Source of the DNA: Vitrella brassicaformis CCMP3155
Taxonomy: Eukaryota > Protista > Chromerida
DNA length: 64,000 bases
Direction: 5' to 3'
Assembly (NCBI GenBank): GCA_001179505.1
Contig: CDMY01000840.1
Span: 62,001-126,000, forward strand
In this document: piece after piece, positions 27,379-40,747 of the stretch
How the letters are laid out: each line of letters opens with the position of its first letter
Position numbering within the stretch: the first letter of the stretch is position 1
Notes under the pieces: generated by a model
Seen by the model: only the letters and a program-made list of their open reading frames with translations
What the model was told of the DNA's origin: nothing
Databases searched by the model: none
Program-made: the position numbers and the translations under genes

Positions 27379-29611
27379 ATACATGCCCTCTATGCCGCTC
27401 AGACGCTCCGCAAGATGTATCGCGAGAAGGCCATGGCTGAGACGCTGCTGCAGTCCAGGAAGCGAGACGTCATCAAGGTAGGGCGGGACATACATGGCGG
27501 ATGCATGTGCGCACCTTTCACTTCCTTACTCTGTCTGCAGGATTATGCAGCGACCGGTTCCACAGTGTATGCCCCTATCCTGCGGGAGGGCCAGCGGCCC
27601 GACACAGCCACAGGGAAGATCGAGATACAACCCGCTGACCTCCAGGCAGGCAACACAAACCAGAAAAACCGTACCGTCCAGCTGATGGTTCCTTGTTTGT
27701 TCCATATTTGTTCCATATTTGTTGATTCGTGTAGAGTTTCTCTGGTCTGTCTGATTTGGAGCGCACGATGCCCCGGAGTGCGTTGAGCGTCAAGGTGCCA
27801 TCGCGAGACCCCGAGATCAACACGACCAAATACAGACAGAGGAAGGACGCCGAGGTGGGCGAAGGCATGTACTTGCTGTACACAGCCATCTCCTCTCTGC
27901 GGAGACATGACATGCTGTGTCGTGCTGTGCTGTGCTGTGGTCTTGCAGCTGGAGCATGCATTAGAAAGCACCATGAGCTCTATCAAACAGAAACTGGCCG
28001 ACAAATTCCAAGTGGTGCAGTGCATAAACACCGAAACACACACCCAAGTCCTCCTCTTTCTTCCCTCTGTGTGGCTGCCATGGCTGCAGGGAGAGGGGGA
28101 GCTGCTTCCGGGCGAGCGCGTCGAGGGCGCCGTGTCTCAGAAGAAGTACCACACACGAGACATTTTGGAGCGTCCCGAGACGCCTCGCGTGGATGAGGTG
28201 CTGCCCGAGGAGGAGAAGCTCGAGACGGCCACCATCCTCCTCCAGCGACTCATACGGTGAGGGAGGGAGGCAAGAAGGGGTCATTCATTCTTCGTGGCGT
28301 GGATGCCTGAGTCTTCTTTTCCGGCTGTATGTTATGTGGTGACTTCAGCGGTCGCGCACTGCAGAACAGGATGTTTGAGGGCAAGGAGAAGCGGCTCGAC
28401 CTCATCAACGAACTCAGAGACGCCGAACGGTCGCGACACAGACACATAGACCCAGACAGGCACAGGCATCAGAGCATCCCCGTGCGGCGCGGCACGTGTG
28501 CAGGTTGGTTGAGATGCCTCCTGAGGACCAGGAGAGGATGCAGGCCGAGAAGGTCAGCTTGGCAACAAAGCCACACGAGAGAATATAAAAGCTGGTCGGT
28601 AGATCGATGTGTCTTTTGTGTGTCTTCATGGGTCGTCAGGAGCGTGAGCGTGCTGCTGATGCTGTGGTGGACTCCATCCAGGGCAGCGTCGTGGCTCAGA
28701 CTCTCGACCAGCTCTCCAAAGAACTCAGAAGATTCGAAGTAATCAGCCCCCACTCACCCACCAGCACACAAGGCAGGCACATACGCTGGGTCTTGATGGG
28801 TATGGACGCACAGGAGGAGCAGCGGATTGCGGCTTTTGTCAAGATGGCCGAGCGTGATCGTCGTCTGCGCCAGGCACAGGAGAGCGGTCGACGGCAGGCG
28901 GAGGAGCGGCTCCGGGCGCGGGAAGATGAGATGTTCCGTGAGATACTGGGCGTGCACCAGGGGACCGTCGACTCTTATGTCGACCAGGTGAGATGGACAC
29001 GCGACGGCTGTGCATATGAGTGGAAGGGTGGTCGTGTGTTGGTCTGTGTCTGTCTTTGGTCAGATATTGACGTCGACTGTGGAGAAGTCTGCGCGTGTGC
29101 AGGCGCTCACCGAGGCCAAACTCAAGGTCATGCAGATGAGACACGCATGCTGACCATGGTCATGTCATGTTTCCCTCCGTGTCTGTCTCGTCTCTTGAAC
29201 AGGCCACCAAGATCAATACGGTCGTCGATGCCCTTGAGGAGAAATACTCGGTGGGTACATGAATGAAACACATTCACGCACATTGAGACGCATACAATGA
29301 CATGACTGACGTGTACGAATGCCTACAGGCACCCGAGACGATTGTGCGGGAGCTGGTGTCATCCTTCGTTCTTCCCCACGTCCACCGCGAGACAGTCAGG
29401 CGGAGAATCATGGTCAGTCAGTGAGACTCAATCGAGACATCCATCACCCGGGCCATGGTTGCGTGTACGTGTGTGGTACGTGATGTGCGTGTAGGTCGAG
29501 GAGGGTCGGTATATGAAGGCGGCGAGGGAGGCCGTGGAGGAGACCGTGAAGCGCGTGGAGCAGGCCATGACGAAGAGAAAGGAAGACATCAGGAAGACCA
29601 TGCAGGAGTAG
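25503..29611 (+). CDS. CFAP91: Cilia- and flagella-associated protein 91 (AAT1/MAATS1)
   Basis: RAYDHLYDP, HKFFRRP, YREGSAQTDPYSP, LCWDKGLPA..EVAMI, EFKEW..RE..I, YAPILREG, LQNRMFEGKEKRLDLINELR and ELRRFEEEQRIAA. Confidence 0.88.
26080..26146. repeat. (TCTGTG)n microsatellite in a CFAP91 intron
   Basis: About 10 near-perfect hexamer copies. Confidence 0.9.
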
Positions 29612-29825
29612 CAGCTGCGGGGTGGCGGGTTGGGGGTTGGGCTCTCGACTGGACACATGCTTCGCTACAATCCATCAATGTGCGTGCGTCTCCATCTCGT
29701 CTTCACGTCTGCATTCATGGCTGGTCATCACTCACTTCAAAGGCCGTTCCGCCTTCTCTTCCTTGTCTTCTTCTTTGCGAGACAAAGCGTGTGTTTCGCA
29801 GGCAGTCAGTCCATACATGGGTGTA

Positions 29826-32193
29826 TCAGAAGACCTTCTGCGCAGCGCAGGCCTCGATGTCCTCCTTTTTGTTGTCGTATTTGGTGTAGTTCCTCCGGAG
29901 GTCAGACAGGTCGCAGCTGGTCCCCACGTGTTCCAGCACGCAGCACCCTCTTTGCACCTGGGCGCTCATGCACGTGGGCAGCTCAGTGATGCGGTAAGCC
30001 TTGTGTCTGGACGTCAGGAACTTCGGCTGCCCAATGGCAGTCACGGGCAGGATCTCTGGCGTCACCCCGACGTGGTACGTGGCGATCGGTCTGCCTTTCC
30101 AGGGGGCGATGATGAAGTCGTACTTGTCTCTGGCGGTCCGACTGGAGGCCATCTTCGTCAAGGCGATACTGATGTGGAGCTCCTCGCGAGGCACGTTAGA
30201 TGAGGTCACCTCTCCCGTCACCGCATTGAGAAGCAGAGGGCTGCAGCAGAGGGGACGTGGCACCCTGCACACACACACAGGGAGCGATCCATTACCCCCC
30301 GTACCTCTCCGCATATATCTGAGTGAGCTTACTCACTCGCCAGAGAGAAGGAGCCTGTCCAGGACGCTTCTGTGAAGTGTCAGCTCTCCGTCCGGAGGGG
30401 CGTAATCGGGAGAGTCACGGGCGCACTGGAAGGGGCTGCGAGTCTTGGTCACCTGCAAGAGGGGCATGACAGAGTTCTGTGTGTGTTGTGTCATGTCCTG
30501 TAGGGTTACCGGGCCGAGCGGTCGCAGCGCCGAGACGTACTTGGCGGCAGATTCAATTTTCTGCGTACGTGTCAACACACGGATGGTCACACACGTGATC
30601 TGCGAAGACACCGACATGTTTTATTGTCTCACGGGGTAGAGCCCCTCGCCGGTCATGTCGTGGAGGGTGAGCAACACGTCCTTGGCATAGTCTTCTCTCT
30701 TGGTCTTGGGGCTGAGCTTCGCCTCACCCTTGTCGTTGACCAGCAGGCCTAGCGCATTTGAGCGCTCAAGCATCCAACTGCATACACGCATAGGCGAATG
30801 ACAGCGGCAGGGAGGGAGACACGAGCAGTCAGTCAATCTCGTGAGTTCCTTACTTGAGTGGGATGTTTGCGAATCGCCTGTCTTGGGCGTCCCAATCGTG
30901 CAGCCCACCCACGTCAGAATGGTCACCTGCTCATGTATGTTTGTGTGTGGGTTGAGGTGGTGTGAGAGAGACATGGGCGAAGACCTACCAGGGAACCACA
31001 CTCTCTCAATGTTCTGGCCCCTCGCCGCCTCCTGCAAAACAGGAATTGATTCCGCCTTATGTATACGATCTCCGTTTCCTTTACCCATGCAGTGCACCCC
31101 AGCCACCTGCTGGATCGGTTCGTGTTTCGCAAGAGGAAAAACATCGTACATGTCTCGCATCTCGTCCAAAGCCATAGCGTGCAGCACATTCTCTGTGGTT
31201 GGGGCCAGACCAACGGAGAGATCTGCACGTACGCCCAGCCGGCCACCAGCCCAGAGAGAGACGAACTTGGCATCCGGTCACACGTGTGTGTCTCTCGGCG
31301 CACCTTCGATCGCCATGCCCATGATCTGGGTATCTGCGCAGGCGTCGAACAGCCCTAGAAGGTATCTCGGCAGCCGATGTTCCTTCCGCTGGGCGGCCAG
31401 ACTGTCGTCCCTGACGTGGGATTCCCATCTGAGGAGGAGCTCTGGGTTTGCCCTGAGCTCCTCCAAATCGGACCCGCTGGCCGGCAGCCCGTAAGAAGCC
31501 AGGATACCTTCAGCCAGATAGATAGCAATGGATACATACATGTCTCATGCGTACGTATTACACACACAGGATCTGCTTGCTTCCTCCTCAGTGACCCACC
31601 CTGCAGGAGCCGTGCTTGGTGTCCTCCCCTGACAGAAAATGCAATCATACGTACGTGCACGAATGCGTGCAAATCAGAGAAAACCAGCGTCACCTCGAGT
31701 AGCCAAAGATGGCAATCCTGTCAGTCTTCTTGGCCCTCGCATCCATCAACCACTCCAGCGCCCTGAACACGCTCTCCTCGAAGCCGCCTCCGGTAGTCTT
31801 CGCGAGGAGGTCCCTGAAGTCCAAAACCGCGTTTTGTACCTTGCTGACGACCCGCCAGAGAAGTGAATCTTCTGGAGTCTCGCCGGGTTTGTTTTTGGCG
31901 TGCTCTGTCCCTATGCCGGAGAAGTACTTGACCAGCTGGCTGCCTTGGGCCACCCTCCCTTTCTGAGCCAGGGTCTCCCATAGGAGAGCGATGTTGGTCA
32001 AGGTGTCAGTCCTCACGCCATTGTCACTGGTGTCCTTGTCCTGGCCCGTCCCAGCAAACATCACAATCAAGTTGCGGGGGTTGCCTCCTCTGGACCAGCC
32101 ATTCCACGGCAGAGCCTTGTAGTGCTCGCGGACAGTCACTGTGGAGTTGGTCCATGCTGCGACACTGCCGGCTGGCAGAACAAGGCAAAGCAT
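29826..32193 (-). CDS. DUF2235 / Tle1-like alpha/beta-hydrolase (putative phospholipase), possibly secreted
   Basis: RNLIVMFAGTG, TNIALL, KYFSGIGT, spliced IFGYSRGGHQAR, LLGLFDAC, HAMALDEMR, spliced WFPGDHSDVGG and IPLKWM. Confidence 0.88.
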
Positions 32194-32462
32194 TGCAGAA
32201 TACGCAAATGTGTTGCCGACAGACTGAGTGCTCTTCTAAGCTTATCTACCAGTGCAAGTATCGGCATGCCACGCAAGGAGGAGAGCGACGAAAGACTTCA
32301 GTACCATCTGAAAAGAATTAAAACGTCACGCATGCCAAGTGGCAACATTCTCACAGGTCCACCTACTCTTTTCAGTCGAAAAGGATTTCAGACGCGTCTG
32401 AGACACCGTGACCCGTTGTCGCCCCCACCTTGAGCTCGCAATCGAAGGGAAAAAAAAAACAC

Positions 32463-34891
32463 ATGATGGATGTGGCGCTGTGCCTCCTCTCGGTGTTGGC
32501 AGTGATCTTGAGCCGCAATGGCTGCCGTGGCCAGCCAGATCTAGAGGAGGATATCGAGCCACACGAGTACAGCTCTGATCTCTGCCCCTACCCATACAGA
32601 GGAGCCCAGCTGCCTGAGGGCTGGACGGCGTGCAAGTGGCTGGATGGGCTGGGGGAGCCACGAGGGCTGGAGATGGGCCTGGTGGAGACCAACAATGACC
32701 TGCTGATCATCGACCGCATTGGCATCACAATGCCCAAGATGGAGGCACGGATCCTTGTGGCGGCCGATGACGATGCGTCTGGGGTAAACACCGGAAGGTG
32801 GCTGGTATATCCCTTCATGATATTATTGCGGATGTTTGCAGGCCATTGATGCTGAGGGAGAGTTGGTGGAATTATGGAGAGGGGATATACCACTCAACCA
32901 CGGTAGCCAGATGGAATAATGGGACCCGCTGATTCATGAATGGCGGTGAATATAGGCATCGCTGTGTTCGGCGGTTTTCTCTTCGCGACCACTGATCGCA
33001 CCTGCTACCGGTGAAAACACACGTACACTGAATGGAGTTTTGTGTGAGTATGTCGCCTGGTGCAGGTGGCCGTACACACCCGGGCAGCGAACTCCTCTGG
33101 ATGACAGCGAGCGTGTGGTGGTGGTGCGGAATATCAACAAGGACGGAACAGGAGGAGCCAAAAGGGGACACACCACCAGGTAATTGACAGAAAGACAGAC
33201 AGATGACCCCCTTTCCCCACCAACTGTTTTCGTCCGCTGTGCTGCAGGACACTCCTGTTCGGTCCCGATGGTGAGCTCTACATCAGTGTTGGCTCGTACG
33301 GCAACGCCGACCCCGATAGCCACAGAGCTCGAGTGCTGCTGTAAGCGAAGTCAACGAGACACATGCAAAGACTGCAAAGGACACCGCGCGGATCTCAGGT
33401 GTCGCGACGTGACGTTGCCTTCGGAGGAGCTGCCTCGCGGGGGACATGACTTCCAGGAATGTGAAGTCTATGCGGTGAGTGCCACACATCCGGTCCTCTC
33501 TAAACTACACGGCACACCTGGCTCCTCTTTTTTCATTGCAGGATGGCCTGCGCAATGCTGTGGGCCTCGCGTGGGACCCGATGGGTAGGCCTTCCTTTAT
33601 CGTCCGCTCACGAACATCCGTCATGTCTCGGTCTGTGACTCTGTGTCTGTGCAGGTGTGTTGTGGGAGGCTGATAATGGGCCGGACGAGCTGTGCCGCCC
33701 CGACCTCGGAGGGCTCATATGGGAAGACAACCCCGCAGAAGAAATCAATAAACTCGACAAACCGGCGGCGTAAGGAAGATCGACCGATGCCGAGACACAG
33801 CATACGACGGGCGTGTGTGAGTCCTCTGTGTGTGGTCCAGCCATTACGGGTACCCGATGTGCTTCACAGAGGGGAAGTTGCCAGAAGGCTGGGGGCTCGG
33901 CGAGGGCACACAGTGGTATGTGACCACAAGAAAGAAGAAACCATGTCATTCTACTGTTCTGCCTCAGGGCATGGACGAGTTTTCACCAGAAATATGGTGG
34001 TGAGTACGATGATGACTACTGCCGCAACCCCACCAAAAACGTGCCGCCGGCATTCAACATGCAGGCGAGTCACGCGTTCCTGCATCCCTCTCCTTATATC
34101 CATCTCATACGGCTCGTGTCTCTCTGTTGTTCAGGCGCATACGGCTCCTTTGGGCATCGAGTTCTTTGGCGCGCGATACAGCGACACGCCCTGCTACAAC
34201 GGCACCACAACTCAGCCCGAGAGCCGTTCTGCTGTCCCTGGGGGCAGCAATGCCACCAACGCCACGGTCCGCCCCTCTTTCGCTGAGCGCGTCAAGGCTC
34301 GCACTGGGGACGAGGCGCTCATGCCGCTCCCATGCTCAATGTTCGGAGACATCTTCGTGCCTCGACATGGTGAGCAAGGAATGTATAGAACATATTCGAC
34401 TGTTTCTGTCTTGCGCTAGGCTCCTGGAATCGACAAGAGGCCGTTGGTTTCGATGTCTTGCACATATCCATGAAGTACGGCATGCCGACTGGCGAATCCC
34501 AAGTCATCCTCCAGCACAGCCGTAAGCCGTCTTGACGTATATGGACAGTCCATTCATTGGCCGCCTCTCCTTGTGTATCTGTCTGTGTGTGTCCCATGAA
34601 GCGTATATGGCCATGTGGAAGAACCAAATGAGACCCGTCGACGCACTTTTCGATCACAAAGTCAGCCAAGGCCCACATATATAATACTCTCCATCCCCGT
34701 GTGTACGATGTGTCCACTCTCAGGGACGTCTGTTGGTATCGTCGGACACGAGCGGCGAGATCATTATGATAGGCATCAACGGCATCCAGCAGCTGACGGG
34801 ACGTCCCATGGACGTCGAGGGCCCTCTGTGCCAGCCAGAAGAACGGCCGGAGCAGGACAAAGGGGACGGCGCCGCAAGACGCCTGCGGTGA
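32463..34891 (+). CDS. Secreted PQQ-type six-bladed beta-propeller dehydrogenase (GSDH / CAZy AA12-like)
   Basis: Signal peptide; EPRGL, spliced GHTTRTLLFGPDGELYISVGS, GLRNAVGL, LWEADNGPD, DNPAEEIN, YGYPMC, HTAPLG, HGSWNR, RPVD and LLVSSD. Confidence 0.88.
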
Positions 34892-35428
34892 CGGCGTCAT
34901 GGCACAGACATGTGCAGCTTTCTCGAACTTTTTGGAGAATGTGGCTGGTAGCGTGTGTGTGTTCCGCCTGTGTGAGGCGCATCCGCAGTGTAGTGTGCAC
35001 AGCCCCATTCCCAGCGACTTCTTGTGACCCTAGATGTCGATAATATGCGTGTGGTGTGACGTGAAATTTATAATGTGTTGTGCTCCTGTCATCTGCGGTG
35101 ACCTCATGCTGCCTGTGTGATGTCAAGTGTGGCTGGTGTTTTTCAATGGACAAGGCAGTGCAGTGCGGGCCACTGTGTGTATCAGACTGATCGATCATCT
35201 CATGGAGCAAGCGCTCGCTCTTGAATCAATGGCGTCTCCCGAGCAGTCCGTCCCGAACTCAAAAAGATCCATACACACATTTTATTCAGCCAGTCAAAAG
35301 CACAGCAACGACCTCCCCCTCCCGCCTTCACCAGTCACTATCCACACACTCAGCCCAGCCCAGCCCAGCCCAGCCACACAGCCCCAGATCCCTCAATCCC
35401 TCAATGCTAATGCCCCTCCCTCTTCACC

Positions 35429-35755
35429 TCACCCGGTGGCAGCATGGCCCTGACGAGGGCCGCCGCAGCAGCAGCCAACAAGGGGGAGGTTCCACAGCCA
35501 GCCAACCTGACCCAGTATGTATGGCACACGACAGTGACGCTCGGAGTGCAGATAGATCCATTGATCCAGCTCCTTGTTTGTGCCCACCCAGGTCTGCTGC
35601 GACGCCTCTGCTGGAGCATTCTCGATGACTTGATGTGCCGCGGCCGACGCGCCCTCCCCTTCCTCATCCCAGTCGTCCTCATCATACTCCTCATCGAGCT
35701 GATTATACCCAGGATCCACCTCACGCATCGCGCCGACGCTGTGCTGATGAGCCAT
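35429..35755 (-). CDS. Small acidic hypothetical protein (108 aa as a single exon; may continue by splicing)
   Basis: Coding-like codons, DEEYDEDDWDEEGE tract, CCC near the end; head-to-head with the MYB gene. Confidence 0.4.
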   Translation of the reverse strand: MAHQHSVGAMREVDPGYNQLDEEYDEDDWDEEGEGASAAAHQVIENAPAEASQQTWVGTNKELDQWIYLHSERHCRVPYILGQVGWLWNLPLVGCCCGGPRQGHAATG

Positions 35756-36127
35756 CTCCTCTCGCCTAAAAACTCCCCTTTCTCCTCTTTCAGGAAGGAA
35801 GAGGAGACTTAGTGTCTGGCAAAGAACGAACGGCAAAGAACGAAGGACGACGATGACGATGGAATGAGCGACGAGTGTGCGAGCTGCAAAGCGATCGCCT
35901 TCTAAAAAAGTTTGCCGTCTTGACCTTCCACGGCATCGCAGTGACACCAGACGGCTCTCGTCTGGCGTGTGGAAGTGCCCATAGCGAGAAAGACGGCCCA
36001 TTCCTGCAGACGGAGTCCTTGGCGCTTCTTCCACCTCTTCCGATACACTATCAACACGCAGGGACGTCCCTGCCACATGTCGTTGCTTTTGCCGTCACTC
36101 TAGGGCACTGACTGCCCTCTGTCGTCG

Positions 36128-38931
36128 ATGAGCGCCGCATCGGGTCACTACGACATGGCCCAGGGCGAGGACCATGGCGGCGTGGTGCTGCAGCACATGT
36201 CATCCGACTCATACAAGAAGGCCGTCGCACAGGTACAGGTAACCCGCACGCACAGCCATCCATCCACAGGCAGGCCGCTCGATGCCATTCTGTGCGTGTC
36301 AGAATCGCGCGTGGACTCCCGAGGAGGACAATGTGCTGTATCAGCTGGTGAGTAAGTTCGGCCCACGGTGGACGGAGATATCCCGTACGCTCAAGGAACG
36401 ACTTGGCGTAGACAGACTTGGTGAGCGACACGCCGAGCAACGCACGCAAACAGCCACCAAGAGGCTGCCTGTCGTTCACTGTCTGTCTGTCTGTCTGTTT
36501 GGTGCTTGCAGGCAAGCAGTGTCGTGAGCGTTGGTACAATCATGTCGACCCCAACATCAAAAGGTAGGCGGATGATCAGTCAGTCAAGGAGGGGATCAGA
36601 CGAGAACCAAGCTTCTGTGTGTGTTCCCCAGGGGCGAGTGGACGGCCGAGGAGGACGCATACATCCTCGAGAAGCAGGCTGAAGTGGTGAGGATGTCACG
36701 AGAAACTGGGCAAGTGGCAGGCAGTGGATGGTTGTCTCGGCTGGGTGTGGTGTGTCAGGGTAACCGTTGGGCCGAGATAGCCAAGAAGCTCAACGGCCGC
36801 ACCGAGAACGCCGTCAAGAACCGATTCATCTCACTCATCAACAGAAACCTGCGAGCCGTGCATCTTGGTGCGATCACCATACACACAATATAACGACCCT
36901 ATCCATTATGTTCTCTGTGTCGCTTGCAGCGATGAGCAGCGAGAGCAAGCCCGCCCCCGCTGCTATGCCTCACTCCCTGCCCTCTGGCGCCGCAGCCCCG
37001 CCCCCCCATATGCAGACACCCTCGGGCGACATCAGGAGCCCTGGCGACTCATCCACCAGCAGCGGCCCCACTGGACCGCCCGCCATCGACGGCGGCGCTG
37101 GGCTGATCGCACAGGGAGGTGCTGCAGCGGCAGTGGGCGACGCGCAGCTACCCATGGATCGCAGAATGGTCGGCCCAGGACCACCATCGGCCAGACCACC
37201 GTCTCAGTACCGCCCGGTGATGACTGTTCCCCCTCCATATGGGTCCCGTCCGCCCCATCCCGGCCCCATGTTCGGCGAGCCACCGTCGTTCCCATTGACG
37301 TATCGGCCACCGCCAGCAGCTGCTGCGGGCTATACTGTCAAGACAGAGGTCGACGAAGCCGGCAAGGGAGAAGGACCCGGATCGCCCTACGGCGGGTTTC
37401 CGCCGCCTCCTCATGGGCCGATGTTTGGTCGCCCTGGTCCCTCGTCGGAGCTTCGTCCGAGGCCGCCGTCGCAGCCGTATATCTCGTCTGGGCAGCCGCC
37501 GTTCGACGGCCACCATCCCAATGGCATGGGGTTCCCGCAGTACGTGCCGCACTCGCCCCCACCCCACCACCCACCGCCATTCGAGGGATCATCAGGCCCG
37601 CCCCTGCCAGGTCCGTTCTCGGCTGAGGTCAAGCAGGAGGACCACCCGTCCTCTCCCCCCTCTGCGTATGAGCCATCCTTCCACCACCCACACCCACACT
37701 TCCCCCGCCACCCCCATGGATACCTCCCACACGGCCCGCCATTTCCACCGCCCTCCGGGCCACCACCCATCGCTCACTCGGTCTGTGTCGACGGCGAGCC
37801 CGACCACGCGCACGCTGACGGGCCGCCAGTGAGTGTGTCGGCGCCTTCGCAGGGGGATGGGCTTGTGTTAGGGCCGCGGGAGGGGGTGCTGCACCCTTCG
37901 CCGGCTTCGCTGGCCCCGCCGCCATTGGGTCTGAAGCCGAGCATCTCTCAAATGAGCGACGACGGCTTCTCGGTGAGCGACTTCCTGGTCTCCAGCAACA
38001 AACTACCTAGGACGGGCGGGTAAGCTGGCTGACACATGGAGAGCGGGCCGATTCGAGTATGATACTGACTGATGTATGTATTGTCTTTTGCTGTCTGCAT
38101 CGCATCTGTTTTTCAGTGGATCTCCGGCACATCTGAGCGGCGCTGAGGCCCTCGTGGATCAGTCGATGAAGGAGCTGGTGGAGGGGGAAGAGTGGAAGGA
38201 AAAACTCCAGAAAGTGGGCGTAAGTCTCACAGCAACAAAGACGACTCTCAATGCTCACACCATCCTTCATCCCCTTGTCTGAATCTCAGAGTGACAACCG
38301 CCCCAAGAGCAGCCGCGCCCCCCCCTTGTCTGGCGTGCTCGAGACCATCACTGAGGCCGATGAACAGCTGGAGGCAGAAACCGACCCCGCAGCACAGGAC
38401 GGCCAGCAGCGAGCTCAAGCGGCACAAGACAAGGGCGTGCCATCTGGGGCGAGTCGCGAGAGCACTGGTAGTGCGGGTGGTGGTGAGGCATCGGGGAAGG
38501 AGGCTCCAGTGCCAGAGGCAGCGCAGAACGAGGAGGAAGCCATCCGGTCGGCCTTCACGGGAGGATTGTTTTACAGATACAGCCGGCCCAAACGCAAGTT
38601 CAGGACGTGCCCGCCGTCAGAGGTCAGTCTGTCAGTCACCCGCACAACAGGGGGGAGACGTCTCGTTGATTGATGGGATGTACCACCAACCATCTCTCCA
38701 TCTCGTCTTATCTTGCAGGTGGCGGCGGCGACGGTAGCCATGTCCAGTGACAGCATGACGGCCCGCCTGCGAGCTGAGGAGAACAAGGTGCGCTTCGAGG
38801 GAGCCGACGCACCAGCTCCCTCACAGCCACGACCAGCAGCAGCAGCAGCAGACGACCCGGTCATGGAAGGCGACACGGACATGGCTGGCGGCAAGAGCGT
38901 GCTGCCTCAGAAGCGGGCCAGAGAGCAGTGA
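36128..38931 (+). CDS. R2R3-MYB transcription factor with a Pro-rich activation-like region
   Basis: WTPEEDNVL..FGPRWTEI..GKQCRERWYNHVDPNIKRGEWTAEED..GNRWAEIAKKLNGRTENAVKNRF. Confidence 0.93.
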
Positions 38932-40366
38932 GGGGTGACCAAGGGACTGATACATGACACGTACAGGCATTTTTCGCCTCATGTCGTACCGATCACATCA
39001 CGTCTGTTTCCTTTGCTGGGCGGGCACATATGTGGGCCGATGGGGGGCGTTTTCAAGCGAGCTGTCACTGTCGGTGTCATGGGTGCTTTGAAAGAGGAGA
39101 GGCGCAGAGAGGGACAGGACGGGCAGGCAGGCAGGCAGGCGGGCGTGCAGAGAGAGGAGAGGGCAATTTCTGGTTCTGGTTGCTCAAACGTGATATAGGA
39201 CTGCTTGTACCCTGCTGATCTCTCTTGTCATTTGCTGCCGTTGCACGACGGAATGGCATTGCATCCATGTGTGCGCGTGGCGCGGTCGGGGTGTATGTGG
39301 AGCGCCAGACCAGGACATCTGGCTCTCCATCTACGTTTGGCCGCTGTCATGTGAGCACGTGGATGCGTGTATGCCGTGGTGCACCTACATCAACAGCGTG
39401 TCTGTTGTCACCCTTGTGGAGTATGTGTGAGGGTCTGTTGATACGACTTGTGTGCACGGGCATGGCGGAGGCGTGTGCTGACTCGCCTCCATTACCAGCG
39501 GCGCGTATCAAACGCACCCGACATGCACGTGCACACGAGTACCGACAGACCATGAACACTCGCTGCCCAACGGTTCCATCTATCTATCTCTCTATCTCCC
39601 TGTATACTACTGACGACCACTGCCTTCCTCACTACCACTTGTCTCTCTCCCACCAAACGTCCCGTGGCTGAATTTTTGCCCAGCCTCCTCTCTGCCTCCC
39701 CGCCTGACTCTCCGCCTGTGGGCCTTCGTGCATTGCTGCTAGTCACTACTCGATGACACATGCATGGGGGCACAGCACAGCACACGCACGCACCTGCGTC
39801 GCGTGTATCTGTCCAGAGGAAGGGTCTTGGCTGTTTTTCTGTCTGTCTGTCTGTCTGATGTGAGTGCGCATCCATGAGCGATTGGTTCATTGGTGTCGGC
39901 CGGTCCGTCCGCAGGGTGAGCTACGTCTACATGCATGAGTGTATGAGGTGATTATGGACGGATGGATGGATGGAGGAGCGGACACTATTTTTTCTTCATC
40001 TAAACAACATCAGATCTGCTATTTCCCCCCCTGTATAAGCATATTACTATATTGATAATTCACATTGACCATTCACACCAACACACAGACACGTGTCGCT
40101 CATGTTGACACCTTGAATCGCACGCACAAGTCAGTCAAATCAGTCAAATCATCCAATACATGATGTTCATTGACGCGAATCTCCGCAGCCGACTGACTCA
40201 TCGGTGTACATTCAGCGCAGGCTGGGCACACTGAATATGAGCCTCTCTCTCTGTCCCTCTGTCTTTGAGGGCAGAGGGCAGATCTCCTTCGAAGATGGCA
40301 TGCCAACCGAATCCACAAACAGACGATCGGTGTTGGATGACTGATGGGCACATCCACTTTACGAGA

Positions 40367-40420
40367 GTCACACGCAGCAGGTCACTCACACGCAGCTGGT
40401 CACTCACACGCAGCTGGTCT
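40367..40420. repeat. 18-bp tandem repeat, 3 copies (approx. CACACGCAGCTGGTCACT)
   Basis: Directly visible; the first copy has one mismatch. Confidence 0.8.
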
Positions 40421-40747
40421 GTCTGTTTGTGCGATGGTCAGTTCATTGGTATGTCTCTTGTCCTCTCTTGTCGCACATGCTCGTGGCGCTCCTTGTCCTC
40501 AGCAGCCTGACACAGACACACCTACATACATACAGACAGACAGACAGACAGACAGACAATCATACAGTCAGAGGGGCATGAGGATGGATGGATGTCATGT
40601 GGTCTCACCTGATCCTCGCTTTGCTTTGCGATTCCCTCGCCGCTTCGCCACATATCTCGGATCAGCACAGGACTCGGCGTATGCCTGACTCAGACATGCA
40701 CGGCAGCTTATGTCTAAGGCCTGTCTTATGCCTGTCTTATGCCTAAC

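Noticed and set aside
35444-35812. Plus-strand 122-aa hydrophobic ORF
   Set aside because: It is antisense to the acidic ORF, which has better codon usage.
39040-39100. MGGVFK peptide echoing MGGVFK at 1950
   Set aside because: The similarity ends after 6 residues.
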